A DNA stretch of 64,000 nucleotides from Nitrospirales bacterium (lineage in GTDB: Bacteria; Nitrospirota; Nitrospiria; Nitrospirales; UBA8639): positions 960,001-1,024,000 of the forward strand of contig CBDBCZ010000019.1 in NCBI GenBank assembly GCA_965203295.1, written 5' to 3'. Made by a program: the position numbers and the translations under genes. Below, piece by piece: positions 18,645-29,984 of the stretch. Each line of letters opens with the position of its first letter. Position 1 is the stretch's first letter. The notes beneath the pieces were generated by a model. It did not search any database and had not been told where the DNA came from. It saw only the letters and a program-made list of their open reading frames with translations.

Positions 18645-19733
18645 ATGCACGAAGTCTTGATCCTAGGGGCTGGGAAAATTGGTGTGTTGGTGGCCTCTTT
18701 TCTCGCGGACACTGGTGAATACCATGTTCATGTCGGTGACGTATCTGCCGATGCCTGCAAACGCGTCGCTGCTCAATGGTCTGATAAGAAAATAGAGGAA
18801 GTGGTCCTGGATGCGACGGATCCAGCTGCCCTAAAGAATTATTGTGAAACCCAGCGGGTCGCAGCGGTGATCTCGAGCCTACCCTACTACTGCAACCCCA
18901 CGGTCGCTGATGTCGCTCGACAATGCGATTTGTATTACTTTGATCTAACCGAGGACGTGGAGGTGACCAACTATGTCAAAAAAATCAGTTCAGGCAGTCG
19001 GCGGGCGTTTGTCCCACAATGCGGATTGGCGCCTGGGTTTATCAGCATTGCTGCCAACGAATTAATCACTCATTTTGATTCGGTCGATTCCGTGAAAATG
19101 CGAGTCGGAGCTTTGCCGATTAACCCCAGTAACGTGTTGAAGTACTCCCTGACCTGGTCAACAGATGGGGTCATTAATGAATATGGCAACTTTTGTTATG
19201 GAATAGAAGGCCGGAAAAATGCCACTCTCCTGCCTCTAGAGGGTTATGAAACGATTTCGGTGGATGGATTACTCTACGAAGCGTTCAACACCTCGGGTGG
19301 ATTGGGTACCTTGGCCGAGACGTATGCCGGCAAGGTCAACACGATGAATTACAAGACGCTTCGATATCCTGGCCATTGTGAAAAGATCCAGTTCATGATG
19401 AATGATTTAAAACTGAACGAGAGACGAGACATTTTGAAGCAAATCCTGGAAAATGCGATTCCCAAGACTTTACAGGATGTGGTCCTGATTTACGTGGCGG
19501 TGATGGGAAGAAAACATGGAGAGTTAATGGAAGAAAACTACGTCAAGAAAATCTATCCACAAGAGATTTCTGGAAAATTATGGTCGGCTATTCAAGTCAC
19601 CACAGCCGCTGGACTCTGCAGTGTGGTCGATCTTGTGTTGGCCGATTCGGATAGTTATCACGGTTTCATTAAGCAAGAAACCTTCTCGCTCGATCTGTTC
19701 TTGGAAAACCGTTTTGGTCGGTATTACGGATAG
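18645..19733 (+). CDS. Saccharopine dehydrogenase-family protein (probable L-lysine 6-dehydrogenase)
   Basis: GAGKIG, YFDLTED, QCGLAPG, MRVGALP, TWSTDGVINEY, AFNTSGGLG, YKTLRYPGH. Confidence 0.85.
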   Translation: MHEVLILGAGKIGVLVASFLADTGEYHVHVGDVSADACKRVAAQWSDKKIEEVVLDATDPAALKNYCETQRVAAVISSLPYYCNPTVADVARQCDLYYFDLTEDVEVTNYVKKISSGSRRAFVPQCGLAPGFISIAANELITHFDSVDSVKMRVGALPINPSNVLKYSLTWSTDGVINEYGNFCYGIEGRKNATLLPLEGYETISVDGLLYEAFNTSGGLGTLAETYAGKVNTMNYKTLRYPGHCEKIQFMMNDLKLNERRDILKQILENAIPKTLQDVVLIYVAVMGRKHGELMEENYVKKIYPQEISGKLWSAIQVTTAAGLCSVVDLVLADSDSYHGFIKQETFSLDLFLENRFGRYYG

Positions 19734-19830
19734 GGTATTGGTTTGCAACGAGGGCATTACAAATTCTGATGAACTTTAAAGAGCGAATAGACACGCTTCT
19801 GCCACTCTTTCATCCATAGGGGCGAATGAA

Positions 19831-21204
19831 TTAGGTATCCTTGCGATCTGTGAAGAGTTGCTTGTTGATGCTTTTCCGCCCGACTATGATCAGACCAACA
19901 GAGATGCCGATGGCGAGGGGGACAAACAGCCCAGAGGCAAGATGATAATTTTCGAGCCATCCCATTTCGTGCAAAGCTTTAAATACGTAACTGGCTAGAC
20001 CACTCAGGTAATACGATAAGACAATAACAGAAAGTCCTTCGACCGTGTGTTGAAGGATGGCTTGACTTTTTGTGGTCTTATCCACGCTTCCAAGTAGTTT
20101 GAGGTTCTGATCTTGGAGAGCAAGGTTTTGATCTTGTAAAAGAAGATCGACCTTGGCCCGGATAACCGCAATGGTGCCTTGAAAGTCATTTTCCAGCGCG
20201 TCAATGCGTTTTAGCAACTGCTGATAGCCATCAGCTACTCCTGTCACTTTCCCATAGACATAGTCTGAAATCGTCTGACATCCAGGAAGGGGTCTTTCTT
20301 GAAGTGCGGTCAAATTCCCATGAATGATGGTTTCATAGGGGACTGATGCGGATAGCTTGTACCGCATCGATTCGGCCATTCGGCTGACCCTCATAAAGTC
20401 CTGGCTGAGCACGTTAAGCCAACCTTGCAACGTGTGCTGGGTAGAGGCCTCCAGTTGCGTGGTGATGACTCCTCGTTGGTACAGATGGCGTTGTTCGTAT
20501 CGATGAACCTGATCCATGGCTCGGGAAAAGGCTCCGAATGGCAACAGAATCAAATGGGTATAATTTTCAATGGCAATCAGGCCCCCAACCACACGGCCTA
20601 CTTGCTGCAAAAGGGATTCTGAGGAAGGGCTGAAAATCAGATATCGTTCTCGTAGATTCTCGTCAGGAGTGAAACTGGTTGCCACCGTGATGTCTTCCCC
20701 AAAAATACGGCTTCCAAATATCTGTGGTCCTGGCATCCAGGTTCGAAGTTCATCTAAAGAGAAGCTGGAGTATGGTGAGATGACAATATCGAGAGCGTTG
20801 ACCTGAAGGCCCAGTGGCGAAAATGGAAACCGATAGTCGGGAAACGTAATAGGCCCGAAATCCAATGGTTTCATTTTATCGTCCGGTATATGCCACACTT
20901 GATAGCTGTAATATTCTGTATGGGCTTCCCAGGTCACTAAGAGGCGATCCCCATTGGTGCCGACCCGAGCCCCATATCCAAACTTTTCCCCTAGAACCAT
21001 ATGCTCTTCAGGAATCTCAAGGCATTCGAGAAGGGCTGTAAATTCTCGTCGACTTTGCGCGCGTTCGCTTGGAGGGTTGGCCATTCTGTGGGCGATATGG
21101 TGAATATGCGCAGGAACATCAAACCATTCTTCCAAATACTTTTGGTTGGGTTCATGCATTTTACGCAGAAACAGATGATCTGTGTTTGGTCGTTTGGTGG
21201 TCAC
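19831..21204 (-). CDS. DUF3422-family membrane-anchored protein
   Basis: WEAHTEY; LQHTVEGLSVIVLSYY followed by two C-terminal TM helices. Confidence 0.75.
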   Translation of the reverse strand: MTTKRPNTDHLFLRKMHEPNQKYLEEWFDVPAHIHHIAHRMANPPSERAQSRREFTALLECLEIPEEHMVLGEKFGYGARVGTNGDRLLVTWEAHTEYYSYQVWHIPDDKMKPLDFGPITFPDYRFPFSPLGLQVNALDIVISPYSSFSLDELRTWMPGPQIFGSRIFGEDITVATSFTPDENLRERYLIFSPSSESLLQQVGRVVGGLIAIENYTHLILLPFGAFSRAMDQVHRYEQRHLYQRGVITTQLEASTQHTLQGWLNVLSQDFMRVSRMAESMRYKLSASVPYETIIHGNLTALQERPLPGCQTISDYVYGKVTGVADGYQQLLKRIDALENDFQGTIAVIRAKVDLLLQDQNLALQDQNLKLLGSVDKTTKSQAILQHTVEGLSVIVLSYYLSGLASYVFKALHEMGWLENYHLASGLFVPLAIGISVGLIIVGRKSINKQLFTDRKDT

Positions 21205-21460
21205 GGTAAATATTCTTTCATGAGTGAGAGAGGTTTTGGGTTCTCAGGCTTATCATGAACAAAACTCCCTAGAGTGAATACAGGGAGACTATTTGGGGAA
21301 ATAGGCAGTTCGCGTCTCTTGGCATCAAAAGAGCTGCCTTTGTGTGAAGACCAGTAGGTTTCTAGCTGAATCTTTCTCTGTTTATCAAGACACGTTCGCA
21401 GATTTATGTGACAAATGACTTAAAAAACCATCTTTTGAGCAGAGCGTGGGGAATACTGCC

Positions 21461-21489
21461 TTGACACTCAATTGGGGGATGACTACATT
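21461..21489 (+). promoter_or_regulatory. sigma70-type promoter for purC
   Basis: TTGACA-17-TACATT. Confidence 0.6.
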
Positions 21490-21587
21490 GCCTTTCGCCT
21501 CTCGAGATGAGTGTCTTGCACGGAGGCTTGTTGCTAAAATTAGGTCAGGACGACATCAGGCTTTTAATTTCAAATGCGAGGTTTGTA

Positions 21588-22493
21588 GTGAGAGATCCTT
21601 TTAACAGCCTTGCGGTATTGGAAACAAATCTAGAAGGTTGTGGCCCCAAAAAAAAGGGGAAAGTCCGGGATATGTATGATTTGGGCGATTGCTTGCTCAT
21701 GGTGGTGTCCGATCGAATTTCTGCATTTGATGTCATTTTGTCAGAGGGCATTCCAGGAAAGGGTTATGTGCTTACTCAACTATCCGAATTCTGGTTCGAT
21801 CATCTATGGAGTTATGGAGATTTGGTCCCTCATCATTTGCGCACATTGGACCCAGAAAAATTCCCAGAATCTCTTCGACCTTATAGAGAGATGTTAGCAG
21901 GGCGCAGTATGGTTGTTGAAAAGGCTGCACCGTTGCCCGTGGAATGTATTGTTCGAGGGTATTTGTCGGGCTCGGCATGGAAGGAATATACCTCCCACGG
22001 CACAGTCTGTGGTCAGTCTCTTCCATCAGGGCTCCGCGAATCAGAGAAATTTCCCGAGCCGTTGTTTACCCCCTCGACGAAAGCCGAGGTTGGCCATGAT
22101 GAGAACATTTCCTTTGACCACATGGCTGAGCTGATAGGCGGGAAGCTGGCAGGGTGTATCAAAGATGTGAGTGTGAAACTTTACCAACGGGCTGCTGAAT
22201 TAGCAGATGCCCGTGGGATTATTATTGCTGATACCAAGTTTGAATTCGGACTGCATCCTGAGACCAAAGAACTCATGGTCATCGATGAATTGCTCACACC
22301 AGATTCATCACGGTTTTGGCCTCGTGATCTCTACCAACCTGGTAGGTCTCAACCCAGCTTTGACAAGCAATATGTCCGGGATTATCTGGATTCCGTCGGT
22401 TGGGATCACCATCCCCCCCCCCCTCATCTGTCTGAGATGGTCATTCAACAAACGAGCCAAAAGTATAAGGAAGCGTTAGAACGCTTTGTGTAG
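21588..22493 (+). CDS. purC: SAICAR synthetase
   Basis: GKVRDMY, SDRISAFD, ECIVRGYLSGS, ADTKFEFG, LTPDSSRFW; probable GTG start at 21588. Confidence 0.95.
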   Translation: MRDPFNSLAVLETNLEGCGPKKKGKVRDMYDLGDCLLMVVSDRISAFDVILSEGIPGKGYVLTQLSEFWFDHLWSYGDLVPHHLRTLDPEKFPESLRPYREMLAGRSMVVEKAAPLPVECIVRGYLSGSAWKEYTSHGTVCGQSLPSGLRESEKFPEPLFTPSTKAEVGHDENISFDHMAELIGGKLAGCIKDVSVKLYQRAAELADARGIIIADTKFEFGLHPETKELMVIDELLTPDSSRFWPRDLYQPGRSQPSFDKQYVRDYLDSVGWDHHPPPPHLSEMVIQQTSQKYKEALERFV

Positions 22494-22529
22494 GAGGTTG
22501 TTGAAAACGTCGCCAGCGTTCTCTCTGAT

Positions 22530-23537
22530 CTAAATCTCTCTGGCCATTCGAGGGTTTTGAATAAACTCGACCACTCTATTTTCAGCCCAAAACATGTCTT
22601 CGTGAGTCTGGGGTCTCTGAATGAACCCGCAATGGCCTCCGTGGCGGGGAGCGATCAAACCAATGGCGGGATTTGAATGAAGAGCCGCGATATCAAATGT
22701 CGTAAAGGGAATAAAGGGATCGTCTTGTGAAGTGATCAGAAGTGTTGGTATGCGAATACGGTCAAGAATGTGTCGTGCGCCCGTTTTTTCATAGTAGTCT
22801 GCAGCATTGTGATATCCTGCAAACGGGGCTGTGTATGCATCATCGAATCCTGACATGGTCTTGATCTTCGGCAAGAGTGAAAGGTCGAATCTTCCCGGGA
22901 AGTGATGGGCTTTTCGCCGCAATCTGGATTTAAGGCTTGCAAGAAAATAATTGTGATAGATCAAATTGCGTGGTTGCTCGAGGGCTTCCACGCAAGCAGC
23001 CGGGTGGATGTTGGGACAGACAGCGACGACTCCTTTGAGGATGTATAATTCCTCTCCGGCTTCTCCGGCCATACGTAGCACGATGTTGCCTCCCATGGAG
23101 TACCCGGCTGCCCATACCGACTCGAAGCCTTCGCGCGAGGCTAGTTCGACAATCACGGCTCGGACATCTTGACTGAGTCCGTTATCATACAGCCCTGGCG
23201 TGAGGTGTTCAGTCCCTCCGCAGTTTCGTTGATTCATGCGAATGACATTGAATCCAGCATGCCACGCTTTGCGGGCAATGCCTTTCATGTAATGGGACTC
23301 CGAACAGCCCTCTAGTCCATGAACGAGAAGGAGTACGGGATGTCGGATTCGATCAGCTTGCCAATTGCAAACAGCGAGAATGTGAGATTCATGATCTACC
23401 TGGAATAATCTGTTTTCGTACGAATCTTGCCAAAGTTTGTGTGATCGAGGCCAATACCGAGGAAAGAGCGTCATCACATGGGGATTTTTGAGAAGGGGAT
23501 GGGGAATGAACCTTGAGATGGAAGGATGAAGAGTCAT
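22530..23537 (-). CDS. YheT-like alpha/beta hydrolase
   Basis: HGLEG, GYSMGG, DDPFI, GGHCGF. Confidence 0.9.
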   Translation of the reverse strand: MTLHPSISRFIPHPLLKNPHVMTLFPRYWPRSHKLWQDSYENRLFQVDHESHILAVCNWQADRIRHPVLLLVHGLEGCSESHYMKGIARKAWHAGFNVIRMNQRNCGGTEHLTPGLYDNGLSQDVRAVIVELASREGFESVWAAGYSMGGNIVLRMAGEAGEELYILKGVVAVCPNIHPAACVEALEQPRNLIYHNYFLASLKSRLRRKAHHFPGRFDLSLLPKIKTMSGFDDAYTAPFAGYHNAADYYEKTGARHILDRIRIPTLLITSQDDPFIPFTTFDIAALHSNPAIGLIAPRHGGHCGFIQRPQTHEDMFWAENRVVEFIQNPRMAREI

Positions 23538-23580
23538 CTACAAATTTCGTGTAAACTTTTAGAGTTTTACCCCCCTTCGC

Positions 23581-23752
23581 AGAAAGCCACGGGTGTAACC
23601 CCGTGGATGAATGCGATGTGGGTACCCTCCGTAGTCTTGGCAAAGGAGGGTAGGCTTCGGCGGGTTCCGCCAAGGTAAGTGAGGTGCCACGACTGTTCAG
23701 CCTTCGTAGCCAAAACTAGTATACGTGGAGTAGGCTAGAGCCGTCAGGCTCC
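23581..23752. repeat. Cluster of REP-like / IS200-IS605-end-like hairpins (non-autonomous element remnant)
   Basis: CCACGGG-tgtaac-CCCGTGG; TACCCTCC-gtagtcttggcaaa-GGAGGGTA; GGCGG-gtt-CCGCC; GCCTTCGTAGCC...GTAGGC; GAGCC-gtca-GGCTC. Confidence 0.5.
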
Positions 23753-23818
23753 ACAATACCAAAAAATGATTCTTGTGGTCTCCCTGAATTTCCAAAAGAG
23801 TCGCTCCAATTTCTTCAC

Positions 23819-24334
23819 ATGAGTTCCAAGAAAAATAAACAGAAGCCCTCTCTTGATCGCGAAATCTGGATGCTTCTGCTGGTGATTGGCGGTGGCGTGT
23901 TAGCGACTTTTTGGGGTGTCATGTTTAATCCCACGATGTCTCTTCCCCCTGGACTTCCTCAAACATCCGCGACGCAAGTGTCTTTAGCCAACGTCCCATT
24001 GGCGACTGGAGATGAACCACTCGATCGGTTGTTTAAACAATCTGGGTGTATTGTGTGCCATACGATTCCCGGTGTTAAGAATGCCAAAGGGCGTGAAGGC
24101 CCCAAATTGGTATTGGGTGCCACAGGTTTACAACGCTTGGCTGATCCCAAGTACACAGGTATAGCCACCACTGTGCGTGAGTACATTATCGAGTCCATTC
24201 TCTCTCCTGGAGCCTTTGTCGTTGCGGGATACCCCGATCGAGTCATGCCTCAATGGTATAGTCAGAAATTGAGTGCAAGAGCTCTCGATAAAATTGCCGA
24301 CCATTTGGAAGGTCTGACTGAGACTACAAATTAA
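23819..24334 (+). CDS. Membrane-anchored monoheme cytochrome c
   Basis: N-terminal TM; CIVCH; GPKL; YIIESILSPGA...VMP axial Met. Confidence 0.9.
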   Translation: MSSKKNKQKPSLDREIWMLLLVIGGGVLATFWGVMFNPTMSLPPGLPQTSATQVSLANVPLATGDEPLDRLFKQSGCIVCHTIPGVKNAKGREGPKLVLGATGLQRLADPKYTGIATTVREYIIESILSPGAFVVAGYPDRVMPQWYSQKLSARALDKIADHLEGLTETTN

Positions 24335-24367
24335 GAACACCAAAGGCCGCGTTCAGCTTCTCGTTTA

Positions 24368-25537
24368 CTAAATAACTCTCATGCTCTGACCAATATGGCG
24401 CAAGGTTTGTAAAACCCTGTTCAGTTGAGTGATGGTATGTTCGGAGGTCACGGTAAGCCGAAGTCGACTACTGCCTTTGGGAACGGTGGGTGGGCGAATG
24501 GCTGGGACGAAAATCCCGGCAGCCAACAGTCTTTTGCTCATGTCGAGAGCAGTCTCAGCATTTTTTAAGAGTATTGGGAGAATAGGACTTTGGGTCTCGG
24601 TTAAGGTGAACCCAATGTCCTGAAGGCCGGCATAAAGAAATTGACGATTCTTCCATAGGCGCATGCGGCGTTGGCGATCCTTTTTGATGATCTTTAATGC
24701 AGCGATGGCTGCTACAGCCATGGCAGGCGGAGGCGCAGTCGTATACATAAACGACCGAGCTGTATTGATCAGGTATTGAATGAACGCATCGGAACCGACC
24801 ACATATCCGCCACACGTACCGATGGCTTTGCTTAATGTGCCCATTTGAAGGCACTGGTTAGAGTTTACCCCAAAATGTTCTAAAGTCCCTCGTCCATTGG
24901 GGCCCATGACCCCTGTGCCATGTGCATCATCTAAAAAAATATTAGCCCCATAGGTCTGGGCGAGTTTCGTCAATTGAGGCACAAAGGACACATCGCCATC
25001 CATACTGAATACCCCCTCAGTGACGATAATAGTGGGCCGACTATGTGGTCGCTTGGTGAGTAGCCGCTTGAGGTGGTCTAGGTCATTATGATGAAAGACT
25101 CGCATGTCGGCTTTGGCGAGTCGACATCCGTCAATCAGGCTGGCGTGGCATAGACGATCTGCTAAAATTAATCCGTTTGAGTTTATAAGGGTGGGAATAA
25201 TCCCGAGGTTCGCTGTATAGCCTGATCCGAATGTTAAAGCTGATTCTGTCCCTTTAAACTTCGCCAGTTCTCTCTCAAGCTTCTGGTGGGGGATGGTCGT
25301 CCCGGAAATGAGACGCGAAGCGGCAGAACCAGTTCCCCACTTTGAGATTCCTTCACGAGCTTCTTTTTTGATGATAAGGTGATTGGCTAACCCCAGGTAG
25401 TCATTTGAGGCCATTTGGAGAATGGTTTTTTTACCGATGGTAATAGTACTTCCGGACGGAGAAGTCACAGTTTTGAGTCTCCTTCGTAGGAATTGGTCGT
25501 CTAACGTCTCAAGGTAGTTCAGAAATGCATTCATCAT
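24368..25537 (-). CDS. bioF: 8-amino-7-oxononanoate synthase
   Basis: SNDYLGL, GSGYTAN, HASLIDG, EGVFSMDGD, DDAHG, GTLSKA, IRPPTVP. Confidence 0.9.
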   Translation of the reverse strand: MMNAFLNYLETLDDQFLRRRLKTVTSPSGSTITIGKKTILQMASNDYLGLANHLIIKKEAREGISKWGTGSAASRLISGTTIPHQKLERELAKFKGTESALTFGSGYTANLGIIPTLINSNGLILADRLCHASLIDGCRLAKADMRVFHHNDLDHLKRLLTKRPHSRPTIIVTEGVFSMDGDVSFVPQLTKLAQTYGANIFLDDAHGTGVMGPNGRGTLEHFGVNSNQCLQMGTLSKAIGTCGGYVVGSDAFIQYLINTARSFMYTTAPPPAMAVAAIAALKIIKKDRQRRMRLWKNRQFLYAGLQDIGFTLTETQSPILPILLKNAETALDMSKRLLAAGIFVPAIRPPTVPKGSSRLRLTVTSEHTITQLNRVLQTLRHIGQSMRVI

Positions 25538-25730
25538 CAGTGCTTGCAAGAGCTTGCTGGAACTACAGAAATTCCGTGGACTTCCCGCTTTGAAATTCTC
25601 ACTTTCTTAAGGCCAAGGGATGCTAGAATGACAAAATGACAAGTGGGGACCTTTGGGCTGGCAGTTGAAATTATGACCCTTGATCTGCGTAAAAACACCC
25701 CGGCAAATGGGATTAGGGTTTCATGAATTG

Positions 25731-25759
25731 TTGACTTGCCGAAAGGATCAGATTATGAT
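25731..25759 (+). promoter_or_regulatory. sigma70-type promoter of the ilv operon
   Basis: TTGACT-17-TATGAT. Confidence 0.65.
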
Positions 25760-25881
25760 TCACAAGTTAAGCTGCAAGTTAGCGGAAACTCTAAAATTTC
25801 TTGCCTCCTGAATCCTCAAAACGTAAAGAGGAGGCTTTCTTAAACAGACCCCCAAAGGGGTCTAACCATTGAGGTTCCATC

Positions 25882-27660
25882 ATGGCACAAATAACTGGTG
25901 CAGAGATTTTTCTTGAGTCCTTGAAGCGTGAAGGAGTCAAAACTGTATTTGCCATTCCGGGAGGTGTCGTACTCAAGATATTTGATGTTCTGCATCAACA
26001 AAAAGACATTGAGATTGTCTTAACCCGTCATGAACAGGGGGCGGGCCATATGGCCGAAGGCTATGCCAAGGCAACGGGCAAACCCGGAGTCGCTCTTATT
26101 ACGTCAGGGCCGGGAATGACAAATGTGATCACGGCTTTGGCTGATGCCTATATGGATTCAGTTCCGATGGTGGTTTTTTCCGGTCAAGTCAGCACAGCAT
26201 TGATTGGGAACGATGCCTTTCAAGAAGCCGATAATATTGGGTTGAGCCGCCCATGCACGAAGTATAACTTCCTGGTCACGGATGTCAGCGAGTTAGCTCA
26301 AACGATCAAGGAGGCGTTTTACATCGCCTCGACCGGTCGCCCTGGCCCGGTGTTGGTTGACATCCCCAAGGATGTTTCCATGAATAAGGGCGATTTCAAA
26401 TATCCGGACTCTGTTTCCATTCGAGGGTACAACCCGACCTATGAAGGAAGCAAATGGAAAATTAAACAGGCCGCTGATGCCATTATGAAAGCTCGTCGGC
26501 CTATTCTGTATGTTGGCGGAGGAGTCTTATTCTCGGGGGCCTCGGAGGAACTGATTGAATTGGCAGAGATGACCCAAATCCCCGTCGATATGACGTTAAT
26601 GGCTTTGGGTGGCTTCCCAGGAGAACATCCTTTGTCTTTGGGCATGATGGGCATGCACGGGACTTATGTCGCGAACATGGCGGTCCATTATTCAGATTTG
26701 GTCATTGCTGTGGGGTCACGGTTTGATGATCGAGTCACTGGGAAAGTGTCTGAGTTTTGCCCGCAGGCCAAAGTCATTCATATCGATATTGATCCGACTT
26801 CTATTCGAAAAAATGTTCAGGTCGATATTCCCATTGTAGGAGATTGCAAGCGGGTATTACGAGAATTGAATAGCGTCCTGAAGGTGACTGTCAATGGAGA
26901 TCAAAAAGAGTTGCGGAAACCCTGGTGGGATCAGATAAATGCATGGAGGCAAGAGAACCCCCTTGCTTACAAACAAGACCCGGAAGCACGTATCAAGCCT
27001 CAATATTTGATCGACCGGTTGTATCGGTTGACGGCGGATAGAGACCCCATTGTGTCCACTGACGTCGGTCAGCACCAAATGTGGACGGCACAATTTTTTC
27101 ACTTCGTTAATCCCCGGACATGGTTGACCTCTGGAGGATTAGGGACTATGGGATTTGGATTCCCGGCAGCCCTTGGGGCCCAGGCGGCCTTTCGGAAGCG
27201 GTTGGTTCTGTGTATTGCTGGTGATGGGAGCGTACAAATGAATACCCAAGAATTGGCTACTGCGGTGGTGGAAAAACTTCCGGTGAAGGTGTTTGTCATC
27301 AATAATCGCTTCCATGGGATGGTACGTCAGTGGCAAGATCTATTCTATGAAGGGCGGTACGCCTGCAGTTATCTGGATCAAACTCCTGATTTCGTCAAGT
27401 TAGCAGAAGCCTATGGGGCTGCGGGCCTGCGTATTGAAAAAGTCGATCAAGTGGATGATGGAATCCGTGAAGCTCTTGCCATTGATAAACCCGTCATTGT
27501 GGATGTGCCTGTGGATCAATTCGAAAACTGTTATCCTATGATCCCAGCCGGTGGCTGCAATCATGAGATGATCTTGGCAGACCCACCGGATCTGCAAAAA
27601 CGACAACCTGCAGGATCCCAAGGGGCTCAGGGGAATAAAGATACGATTTTAACAGCGTAA
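25882..27660 (+). CDS. ilvB: Acetolactate synthase large subunit
   Basis: RHEQGAGH, TSGPG, GMHG, DVGQHQMW, GDGS...NN TPP motif. Confidence 0.97.
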   Translation: MAQITGAEIFLESLKREGVKTVFAIPGGVVLKIFDVLHQQKDIEIVLTRHEQGAGHMAEGYAKATGKPGVALITSGPGMTNVITALADAYMDSVPMVVFSGQVSTALIGNDAFQEADNIGLSRPCTKYNFLVTDVSELAQTIKEAFYIASTGRPGPVLVDIPKDVSMNKGDFKYPDSVSIRGYNPTYEGSKWKIKQAADAIMKARRPILYVGGGVLFSGASEELIELAEMTQIPVDMTLMALGGFPGEHPLSLGMMGMHGTYVANMAVHYSDLVIAVGSRFDDRVTGKVSEFCPQAKVIHIDIDPTSIRKNVQVDIPIVGDCKRVLRELNSVLKVTVNGDQKELRKPWWDQINAWRQENPLAYKQDPEARIKPQYLIDRLYRLTADRDPIVSTDVGQHQMWTAQFFHFVNPRTWLTSGGLGTMGFGFPAALGAQAAFRKRLVLCIAGDGSVQMNTQELATAVVEKLPVKVFVINNRFHGMVRQWQDLFYEGRYACSYLDQTPDFVKLAEAYGAAGLRIEKVDQVDDGIREALAIDKPVIVDVPVDQFENCYPMIPAGGCNHEMILADPPDLQKRQPAGSQGAQGNKDTILTA

Positions 27661-27676
27661 ATGGGATAGAAGCATC

Positions 27677-28198
27677 ATGGAGCATATCTTTTCCTTAACT
27701 CTAGAAAATAAGTCCGGGGCTCTCTCTCGAGTGGCCGGGCTTTTTAGTGGCCGGGGATTTAACATCGAAAGTTTATCAGTGGCCCCCACCCTGGATCCTT
27801 CGGTATCCATGATGACCCTCGTGACAAGTGGTGATGATCGAATTATTGAGCAAATACTCAAGCAACTGAATAAGCTCATTGATGTCATCAAGGTCGTCGA
27901 TCTTCATGAAAGTGACTATGTGGAACGGGAGACAGCCTTGATCAAAGTCCACACCCGACAGGAAGACCGTGCAGAAGCCCTGTGGATCGCCGACATTTTT
28001 CGTGTGAATGTACTGGATTCTTCTCCAACGTCCTACACGATCGAAGTCACGGGTGATGTCAAAAAGGTTCAAGCAATTATCGGGTTGCTTCAACCGTTAG
28101 GTATCAAAGAAATAGTCAGGACAGGTCGAATTGCCATCGCCCGGGAACCCACTCGATCTATGGTTAGTCAACCTCGGCCTATTGCCAAAGCGAACTAA
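27677..28198 (+). CDS. ilvH: Acetolactate synthase small subunit
   Basis: ENKSGALSRVAGLFSGRGFNIESL; KQLNKLIDVIKV. Confidence 0.95.
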   Translation: MEHIFSLTLENKSGALSRVAGLFSGRGFNIESLSVAPTLDPSVSMMTLVTSGDDRIIEQILKQLNKLIDVIKVVDLHESDYVERETALIKVHTRQEDRAEALWIADIFRVNVLDSSPTSYTIEVTGDVKKVQAIIGLLQPLGIKEIVRTGRIAIAREPTRSMVSQPRPIAKAN

Positions 28199-28228
28199 AG
28201 GATCCTTCTGCTCCTTTTCCAGCCCTAG

Positions 28229-29293
<1,065 letters not shown>

Positions 29294-29333
29294 CTGCCCT
29301 GGAAATTGGAAAGAATGATCCCAAGAGGCCACG

Positions 29334-29984
29334 ATGGCTGATCGTGCTGTGGGACTTCCTATTGTCCGTGAAGGGTTCCCCTTTGTGTTGGCGACTGGGG
29401 GGCCGGCCATTGTCGCGGGGTTTTTTGGTTGGATGGGTACGGCTCTTGCGTTGGGGGTCGTGGCCGGTCTGACCGCTAGTTTTTTTCGAAACCCTCACCG
29501 CGTTTCTCCTCCAGGTGACTTCTTGGTGCTTTCCCCGGCAGATGGTCGAGTGATTAGCATTCATGAAGAATTCGAATCAAGGTATTTAAAGGAGCAGAGC
29601 ATTCGGGTGAGCATTTTTTTGAATATTTTTGATGTCCATGTGACTCGGATGCCCTGCGCGGGGACGATTGCAGATATCGCGTACCAACCAGGTCAATTCC
29701 TCCCAGCCAATAAGCCAGAGGCAGCCATTCGGAATGAACAAAATGCGGTGATGGTTGAAACATTCAGCCAATGTAAGGTGTTATGTGTTCAAGTGGCTGG
29801 ATTAATTGCCCGCAGAATTGTCTGCTGGTCTTCACCTGGTGAAACGGTTTCTAGTGGGGAACGATTTGGGGTCATCCGGTTCGGATCACGGGTCGACACC
29901 TATTTGCCTCTTGGGACGACGATTCGAGTGCAGGTAGGGTCGACGGTTAAGGGTGGGGAAACAATTTTAGCGGAGCTTCCATGA
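29334..29984 (+). CDS. psd: Phosphatidylserine decarboxylase proenzyme
   Basis: FFRNP, SPADG, QVAGLIARRI, IRFGSRVD cleavage motif. Confidence 0.93.
   Translation: MADRAVGLPIVREGFPFVLATGGPAIVAGFFGWMGTALALGVVAGLTASFFRNPHRVSPPGDFLVLSPADGRVISIHEEFESRYLKEQSIRVSIFLNIFDVHVTRMPCAGTIADIAYQPGQFLPANKPEAAIRNEQNAVMVETFSQCKVLCVQVAGLIARRIVCWSSPGETVSSGERFGVIRFGSRVDTYLPLGTTIRVQVGSTVKGGETILAELP

Noticed and set aside
21319..21335. sigma54 promoter (TGGCATCAAAAGAGC), plus similar sites near 9455 and 53078
   Set aside because: The -12 element lacks TTGC or the spacing is wrong; purC has a good sigma70 promoter.
22413..22423. Poly-C tract in purC as a phase-variation site
   Set aside because: It is in frame and encodes HHPPPP, a Pro-rich stretch normal for this PurC type.
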